From an uncultured Chloroflexia bacterium (GTDB lineage: Bacteria; Chloroflexota; Anaerolineae; Anaerolineales; Anaerolineaceae): a stretch of 32,000 bases of DNA. The translations under genes were made by a program, and so were the position numbers. The stretch spans positions 2,700,001 to 2,732,000 of the forward strand of contig OY969938.1 of assembly GCA_963704755.1 (NCBI GenBank), read 5' to 3'. Under the pieces are notes generated by a model, which made no database searches, was not told the origin of the DNA, and saw only the letters and a list, made by a program, of their open reading frames with translations. Position 1 is the stretch's first letter, and the number at the start of each line of letters is the position of its first letter. Below are positions 15,641 to 24,330 of the stretch, in pieces.

Positions 15641-16088
15641 ATTGAGCCAAAAATTATTCTTGTTTCCTGGGTAAACCAGAAGAATTTAGATCCCTCTCCA
15701 GCGCGTACTTTATACATTTTTGATTGGTTCAAGAAGGCTGCTCAATATGCCCAGCCGAACAAGCTTCTCCTGGTATATCCTTTCGGCCAAATACGGCCTG
15801 GTCCGCCCGGACCAGGTTTTGGAGCCCTATGGTCAGGCTTTGAAGATCATGGGTAAGAACGATCATAAAGCGCGGGCAAATCGGACGCTTCAGGCATTGG
15901 CACCATTGGTGCATCCGGATGACACAATCGTCTACCTGGCCGGTAAGGCCAATCGTGATTTTCTGGTAGATCCTTTCACGCGAATGGGATGCCGTATTGA
16001 AATTTCAATGGAAGGGCTGCGGATCGGCGAACAGATGCATTGGTTGGATGAGCAGTTGAAAGGAGTAAGGGTTGAGCCGGTAGGATGA
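15641..16088 (+). pseudogene. Decayed DUF6884-like gene (frameshift, no start codon)
   Basis: The N-terminal homology is in frame 2 from 15641 (KIILVSWVNQKNLDPSPARTLYIFDWFKKAAQYAQPNK). The rest is in frame 3 (ORF 15720..16088: ...SWYILSAKYGLVRPDQVLEPYGQAL..., VYLAGKANRDFL, GLRIGEQMHWL). The frame switch is near 15755-15768. The N-terminal frame begins right after a TAG with only ATT where a start would be. From memory, the ILSAKYGL / EPYx.xL / GLxIGEQxxWL pattern matches DUF6884. Confidence 0.55.
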
Positions 16089-16251
16089 CCTTCGCCGCTT
16101 CTATGAAATTTTGACCTGGCTCGAAATCAAATTAGGTGGAAAACAAATCCTTGATTTTCATAAGGCCATGCTGGCAGTCTATCGAAAAGTCAGATCAGGT
16201 GTGGCTATAACGCCATCCGATACTGATGAACAAAGTTTTCCCAACGTTTGA
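16084..16251 (+). pseudogene. Possible remnant of the GIY-YIG-type partner gene that commonly follows DUF6884 genes
   Basis: The frame starting right after TAG 16081-16083 reads DDLRRFYEILTWLEIKLGGKQIL.... This resembles the N-terminus (L..FY.LL..L....GG.R.L) I recall for the small GIY-YIG proteins adjacent to DUF6884. There is no start codon and no GIY-YIG core (GVYFFFE-like) afterwards. Recognition rests on about 23 aa only. Confidence 0.25.
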
Positions 16252-16304
16252 TGCAAAACAATAATCCAGGCATTTATGTTTTTTCAAAAGAATAGGAGAA
16301 CTTC

Positions 16305-17036
16305 TTGAGCAACTCTACTTCAAATCCCGGTTGCCTTGCGGCAATAAAGAATCTATTTCAATCCAATGGACCTTCTATTACTGTAGTTGATTATCCGCCA
16401 GATCCGGGATATGAGGAAGATCTCCCGTACCGGACGAGAGACGATTTCCTTTCACCGGCCGAACATTCCTTTTACCTGGTGATCAAACAGATGATGGGGA
16501 TTTATTTGACGGTTTGTCCCAAGGTTTCATTGGCAGATATTTTCTTTGTCGTCCACCCCAATGAAAACATGAGCGCCTTTAACAAAATCAATCGCAAACA
16601 CGTTGATTTCTTGATTTGTGAACCCAAGACGATGAAGCCGAAATTTGCCATCGAGCTGGATGATAGCAGTCACCAGCGGGCGGATCGCATGGAACGGGAT
16701 GAATTTGTGGATCGGGTCTTTGAAACTGCGGGTCTATCTTTGATTCACGTGCCGGTCCGGAACGTCTACGATACGACCGAGTTAGGAATTCTTTTTAAGA
16801 AAGTCCTTCAGCCTGTCAGTGAGCTTCTACAAGATGAACATATTGAAGCTAAGGCGGCTACGCCATCGAATGAGCCTCCGGTTCAGGAGAAGAAAGTGAA
16901 GAATCCTCCCAATTGCCCTAAATGCGGGGTTCCGATGGTGCTTAGGGTGGCAAAAACGGGAGAAAACGCCGGGAAGAAGTTCTATGGCTGCCCGAATTAT
17001 CCCAAATGCCGGCAAGTGAAACCATTTGAAAATTAA
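16305..17036 (+). CDS. DUF2726 (restriction-endonuclease-like fold) protein with C-terminal topoisomerase-type C4 zinc ribbon
   Basis: FLSPAEHSFYLVIKQ..., NRKHVDFLICEPKTMKPKFAIELDDSSHQRADRMERDEFVDRVFETAGLSLIHV matches the DUF2726 pattern (hVDF..c + IELDD.SH + RD). The C-terminus CPKCGVPMVLRVAKTGENAGKKFYGCPNYPKCRQ is a zf-C4_Topoisom-type ribbon. TTG start with an AGGAG SD 6 nt upstream. About 40% G+C by spot count. Confidence 0.75.
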   Translation: MSNSTSNPGCLAAIKNLFQSNGPSITVVDYPPDPGYEEDLPYRTRDDFLSPAEHSFYLVIKQMMGIYLTVCPKVSLADIFFVVHPNENMSAFNKINRKHVDFLICEPKTMKPKFAIELDDSSHQRADRMERDEFVDRVFETAGLSLIHVPVRNVYDTTELGILFKKVLQPVSELLQDEHIEAKAATPSNEPPVQEKKVKNPPNCPKCGVPMVLRVAKTGENAGKKFYGCPNYPKCRQVKPFEN

Positions 17037-17306
17037 ATGACACATATTCTCCTCGAAGAGCCTGTTCGAGGATTGCTGCCGAAGTATTCCGTGTGTTTCA
17101 CGTTTTGAAATTCCTGCCGGACAGGTATTATATCTGGCGTCCCGGCTGCTAGATGCACCCGATTTATTAGTCTTCGCCCAGGCCGGGCAGGTCTAGCTGG
17201 TCAAGGTGAGCCGTGCAGCGGTTTCGCAAGCCTTTTCGGTCACCCATCGGATGGATAAAAACTGGGGAATATTCCAAAAAGGAACCGGAAAATCCAATTT
17301 TGGATG

Positions 17307-18443
17307 CTATGCACCACCCAACACAGCTCTCAACCGATCGATTGCCGACCGGGTAGCAAGCCTCGCCATTTTCAGCGGGCTGAGCTTCCCCCTCGATTGG
17401 GCCAGGCGGATCGTCATCTGGACCACATTTTTTGGCACTTTAGGTTGGTCTGCATCCGGTTTACGCACCAGGGTGAGCGCGCCGGACGGACAGGTGGTGA
17501 CGCACAGCCCACAACCGATGCATCGATCCAGGTTGAGCTCGGCTACGCCGTCCGGCAAGGTGATCGCGTCCATCTGGCAGCGCTCCAGGCAGGTACCGCA
17601 GCCGGCACAGGCATCCGGATCGAGGACGGCATAAAAGGGGCTGGAGACCATATTGGCGGGATGCGGATTCATTTTCAAGCTGCGCAGCACCCCACAACAG
17701 CATCCACAGCACATGCACAGGTTTCCGGGTGTGCGGTCGTTGCCGGCTTGAAGCACCAGGCCGGCCTGCTCCCCTTTGCGGATAATGGCCTGGGCTTCTT
17801 CGCGAGTGATGTAGCGCCCGCGCCCGTCCTGGACGAAATAACCCGCGCTGCTGTCGAAGGCCAGGCAGGTCTCCAGTGGCTTGCCACAATCGTGACCGAT
17901 CAGGCGCATCTCCTGCCGGCATACGCAGTTGGCCACCGCAAAGGTCTGGTGAGTGGCGAGAATCTCGTCGATATGTTCGTAAGGCAGGACTACGTTCTTC
18001 ACCGGGATGCTCTCGTTCACCGGGATGATGCGCAATTGCGGACCCTTCTCCCAAATCCCTGATTTTGCGTAAGTAGGCAGGTATTCCTCGAATAATTCGA
18101 CCAGTTCCCGGTCCAGCCGGTTGACCTGGCCTTCCCAAAAGCCGACCACAAATTGTTCCGCCATATAGTGAGTGGGTTTCCCCGGCTCACGAAAGGCATA
18201 GATCAGGCGTTTGCGCTCCATTTCGGCGAGAATGCGCTCTGTTTCAGCCAGCGTCAGGCCGGCCCGGATGGCGATCACGCGAGCCTCTTCGGCGATCAAT
18301 GCCAGGTGGAGCGCCAGGTTGGCTTCCTCAGGGGTAAACAGCTTGCGTAGGATGCGCAGTTCAACGCCATTCCGGCTGCGCGGAAAGCCGGCCGGAAGGT
18401 CGTCCAGGAATTGCGCCAGGCGCTCGTAGATGTTGTTTTTCAT
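17307..18443 (-). CDS. 4Fe-4S dicluster domain protein (uncharacterised Fe-S oxidoreductase family)
   Basis: Two ferredoxin-type motifs (CAGCGTCLERC and CIGCGLCVTTCP) plus a Cys-rich CMCCGCCCG segment. The N-terminal half is unassigned. The ATG at 18443 (MKNNIYERLAQFLDD) is preferred over the TTG at 18488. Confidence 0.8.
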   Translation of the reverse strand: MKNNIYERLAQFLDDLPAGFPRSRNGVELRILRKLFTPEEANLALHLALIAEEARVIAIRAGLTLAETERILAEMERKRLIYAFREPGKPTHYMAEQFVVGFWEGQVNRLDRELVELFEEYLPTYAKSGIWEKGPQLRIIPVNESIPVKNVVLPYEHIDEILATHQTFAVANCVCRQEMRLIGHDCGKPLETCLAFDSSAGYFVQDGRGRYITREEAQAIIRKGEQAGLVLQAGNDRTPGNLCMCCGCCCGVLRSLKMNPHPANMVSSPFYAVLDPDACAGCGTCLERCQMDAITLPDGVAELNLDRCIGCGLCVTTCPSGALTLVRKPDADQPKVPKNVVQMTIRLAQSRGKLSPLKMARLATRSAIDRLRAVLGGA

Positions 18444-18643
18444 AGGGCTGGGCCTTACTACATTAATAATACTCCCGGTTACAAACAAGCCGTGATTGGA
18501 AACCTTCGCCTAAAATTTCTTCGGCAGTAAGGTCGTGAATTTTGTCGATATGGAATACGGATAGCCTTTCTTTCGCTATCACGAGCCTCTCCGGGGCTTT
18601 TGTGTAAATAATTTTTCCAGATATTGGAGCTTGAAATATTTAG

Positions 18644-18716
18644 TGCCCCCGGAGAGGGTCGAACTCTCAACCTGCAGATTCGAAGTCTGTCACTCTATCC
18701 ATTGAGCTACGGGGGC
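18644..18716 (-). tRNA. tRNA-Arg (anticodon UCG)
   Basis: The - strand folds as a cloverleaf: GCCCCCG TA GCTC AATGGATA GAGT G ACAGA CTTCGAA TCTGC AGGTT GAGAG TTCGACC CTCTC CGGGGGC A. It has a 7-bp acceptor stem, a GTTCGA T-loop and anticodon TCG at positions 34-36. 73 nt, CCA not encoded. Confidence 0.93.
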
Positions 18717-18739
18717 GGAACGCTCAAATTATACCCTAT

Positions 18740-19255
18740 TTAGCCATTTCCCAGGCTGCGAATCAATTCGGCTGCTTCGGGATAAGCGGCCGCCAGGCTT
18801 TCCGCGTCCCCGGCCTCGAAGTCCTCGGGGGTGAAGCCGGGCGCCATGGTGGTGCCCATCAGGGCAAAGCGACCGCCCGGCAGCAGTTGCGAGCCCTGCC
18901 ACCAGCCGGCCGGTACAACGAACTGCACCTTCTGCCCGTTCAGCACATCCTGGCCCAGGCGAATGCATTGGGCAGCGCCACCGGGTTCGAGCAGCAACAT
19001 TTCGACCGGGTCGCCCAGGTAGAAATGGAAAACTTCGTCGGTGGGCACCCGGTGCAGGCTGGAATACGTCCGCGGATCGGCGCTGAGCAGGTAATAGATG
19101 GCCGTACTGAAGGGCTTGTCACCCCGATAGCGCTCGGGCAGCGCCGCCTGGCTCAGCAGGTCCGCCGAAACGTAAGTCTGCCGGAACATACCGCCTTCAG
19201 CCACCAAAGGCTCCAGATCCAATTGTTTTATCAGTTTACGAACGAATTCATCCAT
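18740..19255 (-). CDS. Cupin-fold protein, DUF985 family
   Basis: LEPLVAEGGMFRQTY..., STAIYYLL, SLHRVPTDEVFHFYLGDP, VVPAGWWQGS, LMGTTMAPGFTPEDFE match the DUF985/cupin_5 pattern. The ATG at 19255 has an AAGGAAG SD; the upstream Met at 19288 is unlikely. Confidence 0.8.
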   Translation of the reverse strand: MDEFVRKLIKQLDLEPLVAEGGMFRQTYVSADLLSQAALPERYRGDKPFSTAIYYLLSADPRTYSSLHRVPTDEVFHFYLGDPVEMLLLEPGGAAQCIRLGQDVLNGQKVQFVVPAGWWQGSQLLPGGRFALMGTTMAPGFTPEDFEAGDAESLAAAYPEAAELIRSLGNG

Positions 19256-19507
19256 GGGCTTCCTTTTTTTGGCCCGCCAAAGGTACACAGCAAATTATAC
19301 AATGGGGTGCCAATCTCATAGTTTCAAATGGGAAACAGGGAAGATGAGTTTTTACTTAAAATTCACCTTCATTTTTTAAAAAATTTATAGCATCCCTGGC
19401 GATAAACCATATTATAAACTTGTAGCTAGATCATTGTTTTACGGGTAACTGGACCGGACCAATTGAATTAATCGTTTCACTACATCACAGCCATTAAAGG
19501 TTCTTGC

Positions 19508-19936
19508 ATGCATGAATTAATTCTTATTGTTGACGACAATTCCAGGCTATTAGCCGGCATGAAGATGCGACTTGAGATGGATGGCTATCAAGTCCTGCTT
19601 GCTTCAGACGGAAAAGAAGCCCTGGATATCTTGCGGTCGATTACCCCACACCTGGTTATTGCCGATGTGATGATGCCCAGAATAAATGGTTGGGAACTTT
19701 TTGACCGCCTTAGAAATGATCCTCGTTTGTGCAGCATCCCATTTGTTTTCGTAACGGCGCGCACCGATGACGAATCAATTCAACGCGGAAAAGGATTGGG
19801 CGCGGAGGACTACCTCACCAAACCGTTCAAGGTCGAGGAATTGGAGGCCGTTGTCCGCGGCAAATTGTTGCGCGCTTCTCAGTTATCGCGGGCGGCCGAG
19901 AACTCAAATGGAGGATCCGGATCTATCGCCGATTAA
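19508..19936 (+). CDS. Response-regulator receiver (REC) domain protein; N-terminal half of a split OmpR/PhoB-type regulator
   Basis: ILIVDDN..., phospho-acceptor region LVIADVMMP, FVTA, LTKPF. It ends in a linker (…SRAAENSNGGSGSIAD*) where the DNA-binding domain continues in another frame. Confidence 0.85.
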   Translation: MHELILIVDDNSRLLAGMKMRLEMDGYQVLLASDGKEALDILRSITPHLVIADVMMPRINGWELFDRLRNDPRLCSIPFVFVTARTDDESIQRGKGLGAEDYLTKPFKVEELEAVVRGKLLRASQLSRAAENSNGGSGSIAD

Positions 19937-20240
19937 AATTTCCGACCTGACCATCGATCTACGAGCCCACCGTGTGTATTGCGGAGGAAGGGAGATCAGT
20001 TTCTCCCCAACCGAGTTCGCTATCCTGGCTCACCTGAGCAAAAAGGCCGGCGAAGTTTTAAGCTTTGATGAGCTGGCCCAAATTTGTTTTCCCAACAGCT
20101 TTGATGCCTGGAATGCGCAGGATACCATTCGTGTGCACATTAAGAACATTCGTAAAAAGCTCGAACAAAATTCCGGTGATCCTCAATATATTGTGAATGT
20201 GCGTGGAATTGGCTATCGAATTGAAGCTCTGGCTTCATAA
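19908..20240 (+). CDS. OmpR/PhoB-type winged-helix DNA-binding domain ORF (C-terminal half of the split regulator)
   Basis: IKISDLTIDLRAHRVYCGGREISFSPTEFAILAHLSKKAGEVLSFDEL..., IRVHIKNIRKKLE, IVNVRGIGYRIE is a Trans_reg_C signature. The first in-frame ATG (19908) overlaps the REC ORF by 29 nt and has only a weak SD. This may be a frameshifted single gene rather than an independent CDS. Confidence 0.6.
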   Translation: MEDPDLSPIKISDLTIDLRAHRVYCGGREISFSPTEFAILAHLSKKAGEVLSFDELAQICFPNSFDAWNAQDTIRVHIKNIRKKLEQNSGDPQYIVNVRGIGYRIEALAS

Positions 20241-20531
20241 ATACCCGTTACGAGAAGGGGGCGATTAGAACAGATAGACTGGCGCCGATGTATAGATTGG
20301 AGCAAGACCTGGTTTGGCTGCATTTCAATGGATGGTCCATCGAAACGCGGCCTAACCGTCCCTTTTTTGTGGCTAACCGGGCAATTATCTGACCATAATA
20401 GGAGCTGGAATGAATCTTTATAGTACCTTTATATTTATTTCCTCCTATCTTCACAAAAAGCAGGGTCTGGACGGCTAAACTGTAGCAAGCGGATATGACG
20501 TCACTTATTTGGAGGTTTGGAAGAGATTTCA

Positions 20532-23267
20532 ATGCGAAGACTTGAAACGATCAAACAGTTGTCCAAATCACTCATTGTTCAACTGACTTTGATTTCGCTG
20601 CTTACGATTGCTTTATTAACCTTGTTGAGCAACCTTCATTACAGCTACGAGTTACGCAAAGAACAAACATCCTTGTTGAATTACCAGGCCGCCAGCCTGG
20701 CCAGCAGCATCCGTTTAATTGGCGCCGAGATGATTCCCCGAAATGACTTGCCGGCCATTCAGAGAGTACTCGACCAGATTGAGCCCACCAGTGATCTGGA
20801 TGATTTTATCCTGGTCGACGCCCAGGGTAAGATTCTGGCGCAAAAAACGCTGCCCGATACGGATAACCCGGGCTTTCCGGACAGCCAAGATTTTCCGGTC
20901 GATCGAACCGTATTGCAAAAAGTGCTCGCGGATGGCATTCAACAATCCTTTACGGATAGTGAGCATGTGGTTGTTATCGATCCTATTTTTGATGAAAACA
21001 GCGCGGTCGCGGGAGAAAAACAGGTAATCGGCGCAGCCCTCGTAAAAATGGACATCGAATCGCTCGATTCGTTTGTTAAGTCGATGATTTATCTCGACGG
21101 CTGGTTTAACTTTGGGATACTGGCTTCCATCTTTATATTGGTCCCGCTGGTTTATTTTTCAATGGTCCGCCCCTTGCGCCGGGTCACTCAGGCTGCCAGG
21201 AAGATTGCCTCCGGCTCTTTGGATACTCGCCTCACCCCGAAAGGCGCCCAGGAAATAAAGGACCTGGCCGAATCACTTAACACCATGGCCGAAAGCATGC
21301 AGGTCGACCAGCAAAAGATGCAGCAGCGCCTGGATGAGCGCAAACAGCTCTTCGAAATCAGCACAATGGTCGGTAAGACTTTCGATCTGGATGAAATATT
21401 TTCTTATCTTGCCAATCAAATGGCCAGGCTGATCGATGGTACCGGTGCGTTGATTGTCCTCTGGGATGAGGAGCTGGAAAAACCTGTTCCCCAGGCTGCC
21501 TACGGTTCTTTCGAACAATTTTATAAGTCGATCAAAACCTGGACGGGTGAGCCCACCCTGGCGGCTAAAATTTTGGAGACCGGGATCCCGATTAGCGTTT
21601 ATGATGTGCTCGATTGCCCCTATATCAGTCCCCGCATGGCTGCTCAATTCCAGCATAAATCACTGCTGGGCCTGCCGCTAATTATCAATGGCCACGCCTT
21701 CGGCGCAATTTTGATTGGGGAAAACCGGTGCCACCGCGAGTTTAGCGAAAACGAGATCCAACTGGCTATGTCGGCTGCAAACCAGATCGCCTCTGCGATA
21801 GCCAACGCGCAGTTGATTCTCAAACTGCGCGCTGAACGGAACCGGCTCAAAGATATTCTCAATGCAGTCTCAGATGCGATCGTGGTCACCGATGCAAAGG
21901 GAATATTGCAGTTCGTAAACCGTGCTTTCACCACCATAACCGGTTCCAACTTGAACCTTACTCAAAGAATTCCCCTCTTCGATTTGTTGGCGCTTTCTCC
22001 CGAAGAGCTTGCCTCGGCCAGGGCCGAGGCTATTACTACGGCGTTACAAGGGATGACCTGGCACCGGGAAATGACCGGTGCCAGGCCCAATGGATCTACA
22101 TATGACGCGGATGTGTTTTTTGGGGGAATTCGCGACCTGGAGAACCGGTTTATCGGTTATGTCGCGAGTATACGAGATATTTCTGGTCTCAAAGATTTCG
22201 ACCGGATGAAGAACCGCTTCGTTTCGACCGTATCGCACGAGCTGCGTACTCCTATATCCGTAATCAGTCTCTACACCGAAAATTTATTGGAATTCTATAC
22301 CAGATTGAGCGACCAGGAACGCCTGGACATCTTGGCCGATATCCATACCGAGACCCACAGCTTACAAAAACTGATCGAAGATTTACTCAGCCTTTCTCGC
22401 ATCGATTCAGGCCGGGCTGACCCCCAAAAGAGCGATTTCGAGCTGGTTGGCCTGTTAATTGAGACCATAAACTCCATTAAACCGATTGCCGAGATCAAAG
22501 ACCTCAATATTCGTTTCAATTTACCCGAGCATCCCATTCAAATCTATGCGGACCACGATCAAATCCAGCAGGTATTTCGTAACCTGATCGGGAATGCGGT
22601 CAAGTTCACCCCACCCAAAGGCGATGTCAATATTACCTATGAATTAAACCATGGCGAAATTACCATCCGGTTCGCGGATACGGGTATCGGCATTCCGGTT
22701 GAGGACATACCCCGCTTATTCGAACGATTCTTCCGCAGTGAAAATGCGATCAAACAAGAAATCCCGGGCACGGGTTTGGGCCTGGCGATTACCAAAGAAA
22801 TTCTACAACGCCACCAATTCTCAATCGACGTGCAAAGTGAATTGGGCAAGGGCACAACTTTCGCAGTAACCATGCCCGTGACCATTTCAGGGCAGCCCAT
22901 GATTCTTTTCCTGGATAACGATCTCCCCTGCCGGGATACCATCAGTGAAGTCCTCTCCGCGGATTACCTGCTTATTAATGTATCGGCCCCAGACCTGGCC
23001 TGGGAGGTGTTAGAAGCCAATGTCCCTTCGTTAATTTTGATTGCGATTAAGCAAGTGAACCAAGAAATTATCGACTTTGTTAGCCGTCTGCGCAGCATGC
23101 CTGTTTTTGCAAAAGTTCCCCTGGTAGCTGTTTGCCTGGACCGTACTGTATTGGTTGAACATGCATTTGTGGAAGGAATAGATGAGATTGTTAACTCTTC
23201 AGATACACCAGGTGACCTCCGTGAGGTGGTTTATCGCCTGGTTTCGAGTGGTTTGCTAATTGGCTAA
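20532..23267 (+). CDS. Sensor histidine kinase: 2 TM + extracytoplasmic domain, HAMP, GAF, PAS, HisKA, HATPase_c, degenerate C-terminal receiver
   Basis: - TM segments: LIVQLTLISLLTIALLTLL and FGILASIFILVPLVYFSMV.
- HAMP: RPLRRVTQAARKIASGSLDTRL...
- GAF-like: LFEISTMVGKTFDLDEIF...
- PAS: LKDILNAVSDAIVVTDAKGILQFVN.
- H-box: FVSTVSHELRTPIS.
- N/G boxes: NLIGNAVKFT, DTGIGI, GTGLGLAI.
- REC-like tail (22899-23264) has LILIAIK in place of the phospho-acceptor Asp.
An alternative TTG start lies at 20517. Confidence 0.9.
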   Translation: MRRLETIKQLSKSLIVQLTLISLLTIALLTLLSNLHYSYELRKEQTSLLNYQAASLASSIRLIGAEMIPRNDLPAIQRVLDQIEPTSDLDDFILVDAQGKILAQKTLPDTDNPGFPDSQDFPVDRTVLQKVLADGIQQSFTDSEHVVVIDPIFDENSAVAGEKQVIGAALVKMDIESLDSFVKSMIYLDGWFNFGILASIFILVPLVYFSMVRPLRRVTQAARKIASGSLDTRLTPKGAQEIKDLAESLNTMAESMQVDQQKMQQRLDERKQLFEISTMVGKTFDLDEIFSYLANQMARLIDGTGALIVLWDEELEKPVPQAAYGSFEQFYKSIKTWTGEPTLAAKILETGIPISVYDVLDCPYISPRMAAQFQHKSLLGLPLIINGHAFGAILIGENRCHREFSENEIQLAMSAANQIASAIANAQLILKLRAERNRLKDILNAVSDAIVVTDAKGILQFVNRAFTTITGSNLNLTQRIPLFDLLALSPEELASARAEAITTALQGMTWHREMTGARPNGSTYDADVFFGGIRDLENRFIGYVASIRDISGLKDFDRMKNRFVSTVSHELRTPISVISLYTENLLEFYTRLSDQERLDILADIHTETHSLQKLIEDLLSLSRIDSGRADPQKSDFELVGLLIETINSIKPIAEIKDLNIRFNLPEHPIQIYADHDQIQQVFRNLIGNAVKFTPPKGDVNITYELNHGEITIRFADTGIGIPVEDIPRLFERFFRSENAIKQEIPGTGLGLAITKEILQRHQFSIDVQSELGKGTTFAVTMPVTISGQPMILFLDNDLPCRDTISEVLSADYLLINVSAPDLAWEVLEANVPSLILIAIKQVNQEIIDFVSRLRSMPVFAKVPLVAVCLDRTVLVEHAFVEGIDEIVNSSDTPGDLREVVYRLVSSGLLIG

Positions 23268-23370
23268 CCCGCCAGAAATAATTCTTATTTCTATGGCTAC
23301 TACCTGGCCTGATAGGTAAGGATCCCGAATTTATTGCACAGGTCTGAGTAGTTACTTTCTAAGGAGAATT

Positions 23371-24330
23371 ATGAAATCCCCGATTTTATTAGTTGATGAC
23401 AATCCCCGCATTCTCTCGGGGGCCCGCCTGGCCCTTGAAATGAATGGTTTTAACGTGGCCACTGCATCCAATGGAAATGAGGCGCTAAAAGTCCTCGAAC
23501 ATTTCCGCCCGGATTTAATTGTGAGTGATATTTTGATGCCGGAGTGTGACGGCTTTTCATTATTGGAGCGGGTCCATTCCTCTCCAGAATGGATCACCAT
23601 TCCTTTCCTTTTCCTGACCGCACTCAACGACGAGGAATCGCTTTCGCGCGTACGCGATATGGGCGCAGATGATTTCTTGACCAAACCCTTTTCGCCGGCA
23701 ACGCTCGTTCAAACGGTAAAGGCCCGCCTGGAACGGGCCCGCAAGGTTGAAGGAGCTTACACTTCTGCGGCTTACTTGCAGACCATTACCTTATTGGCAC
23801 GGGCCATAGAAGCCCGAGATACCTCGACCGGAGAGCACGTGAACCGGGTGGCCGATTATGCCCGAGAGCTGGCCTGGGCCATGGACTTGCCGGAATCGCA
23901 GGTCGATGACATCCAACTGGCGGCCATTATTCATGATATAGGAAAAGTGACAGTCCCCAATTCGGTCCTCAACAAGCCCGGAAAATTGACTTCTGAAGAA
24001 TGGGCGATTATGAAAACCCACCCGCGGGTCGGGGCCGATATTATTTCCACCACCAAACTATCGAATATGGTCATCGATGGCGTTCTTTATCATCACGAGC
24101 GTTTCGATGGCAGTGGTTACCCCGAGGGCCTGATCGGCGAGCAGATCCCCCTGGCGGGGCGGATCCTGGCGGTCGTGGATGCCTACGATGCCATGACCAG
24201 CGACCGGCCATATCACAAAGGCCTGGCCATGGACCAGGCCCTGGAAATCCTTCAGCAAGGCGCCGGCATCCAATTCGACCCCAAAATTGTAGCAGTTTTT
24301 CTGAACCTGATTAGCTCCTATTCGATTTAA
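23371..24330 (+). CDS. Response regulator with HD-GYP output domain (RpfG-like c-di-GMP phosphodiesterase)
   Basis: The REC domain is intact (LLVDDNPRIL, DLIVSDILMP, LTKPF). The HD-GYP domain has IIHDIGKV and HHERFDGSGYPEGL. AAGGAG SD. Confidence 0.9.
   Translation: MKSPILLVDDNPRILSGARLALEMNGFNVATASNGNEALKVLEHFRPDLIVSDILMPECDGFSLLERVHSSPEWITIPFLFLTALNDEESLSRVRDMGADDFLTKPFSPATLVQTVKARLERARKVEGAYTSAAYLQTITLLARAIEARDTSTGEHVNRVADYARELAWAMDLPESQVDDIQLAAIIHDIGKVTVPNSVLNKPGKLTSEEWAIMKTHPRVGADIISTTKLSNMVIDGVLYHHERFDGSGYPEGLIGEQIPLAGRILAVVDAYDAMTSDRPYHKGLAMDQALEILQQGAGIQFDPKIVAVFLNLISSYSI

Noticed and set aside
20248-20532. ORF 20248..20532- (94 aa) between the wHTH ORF and the kinase gene
   Set aside because: It runs antisense through the kinase promoter/SD region and has no SD or recognisable motif. 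I also checked this spacer for a c-di-GMP riboswitch-like core and saw none.
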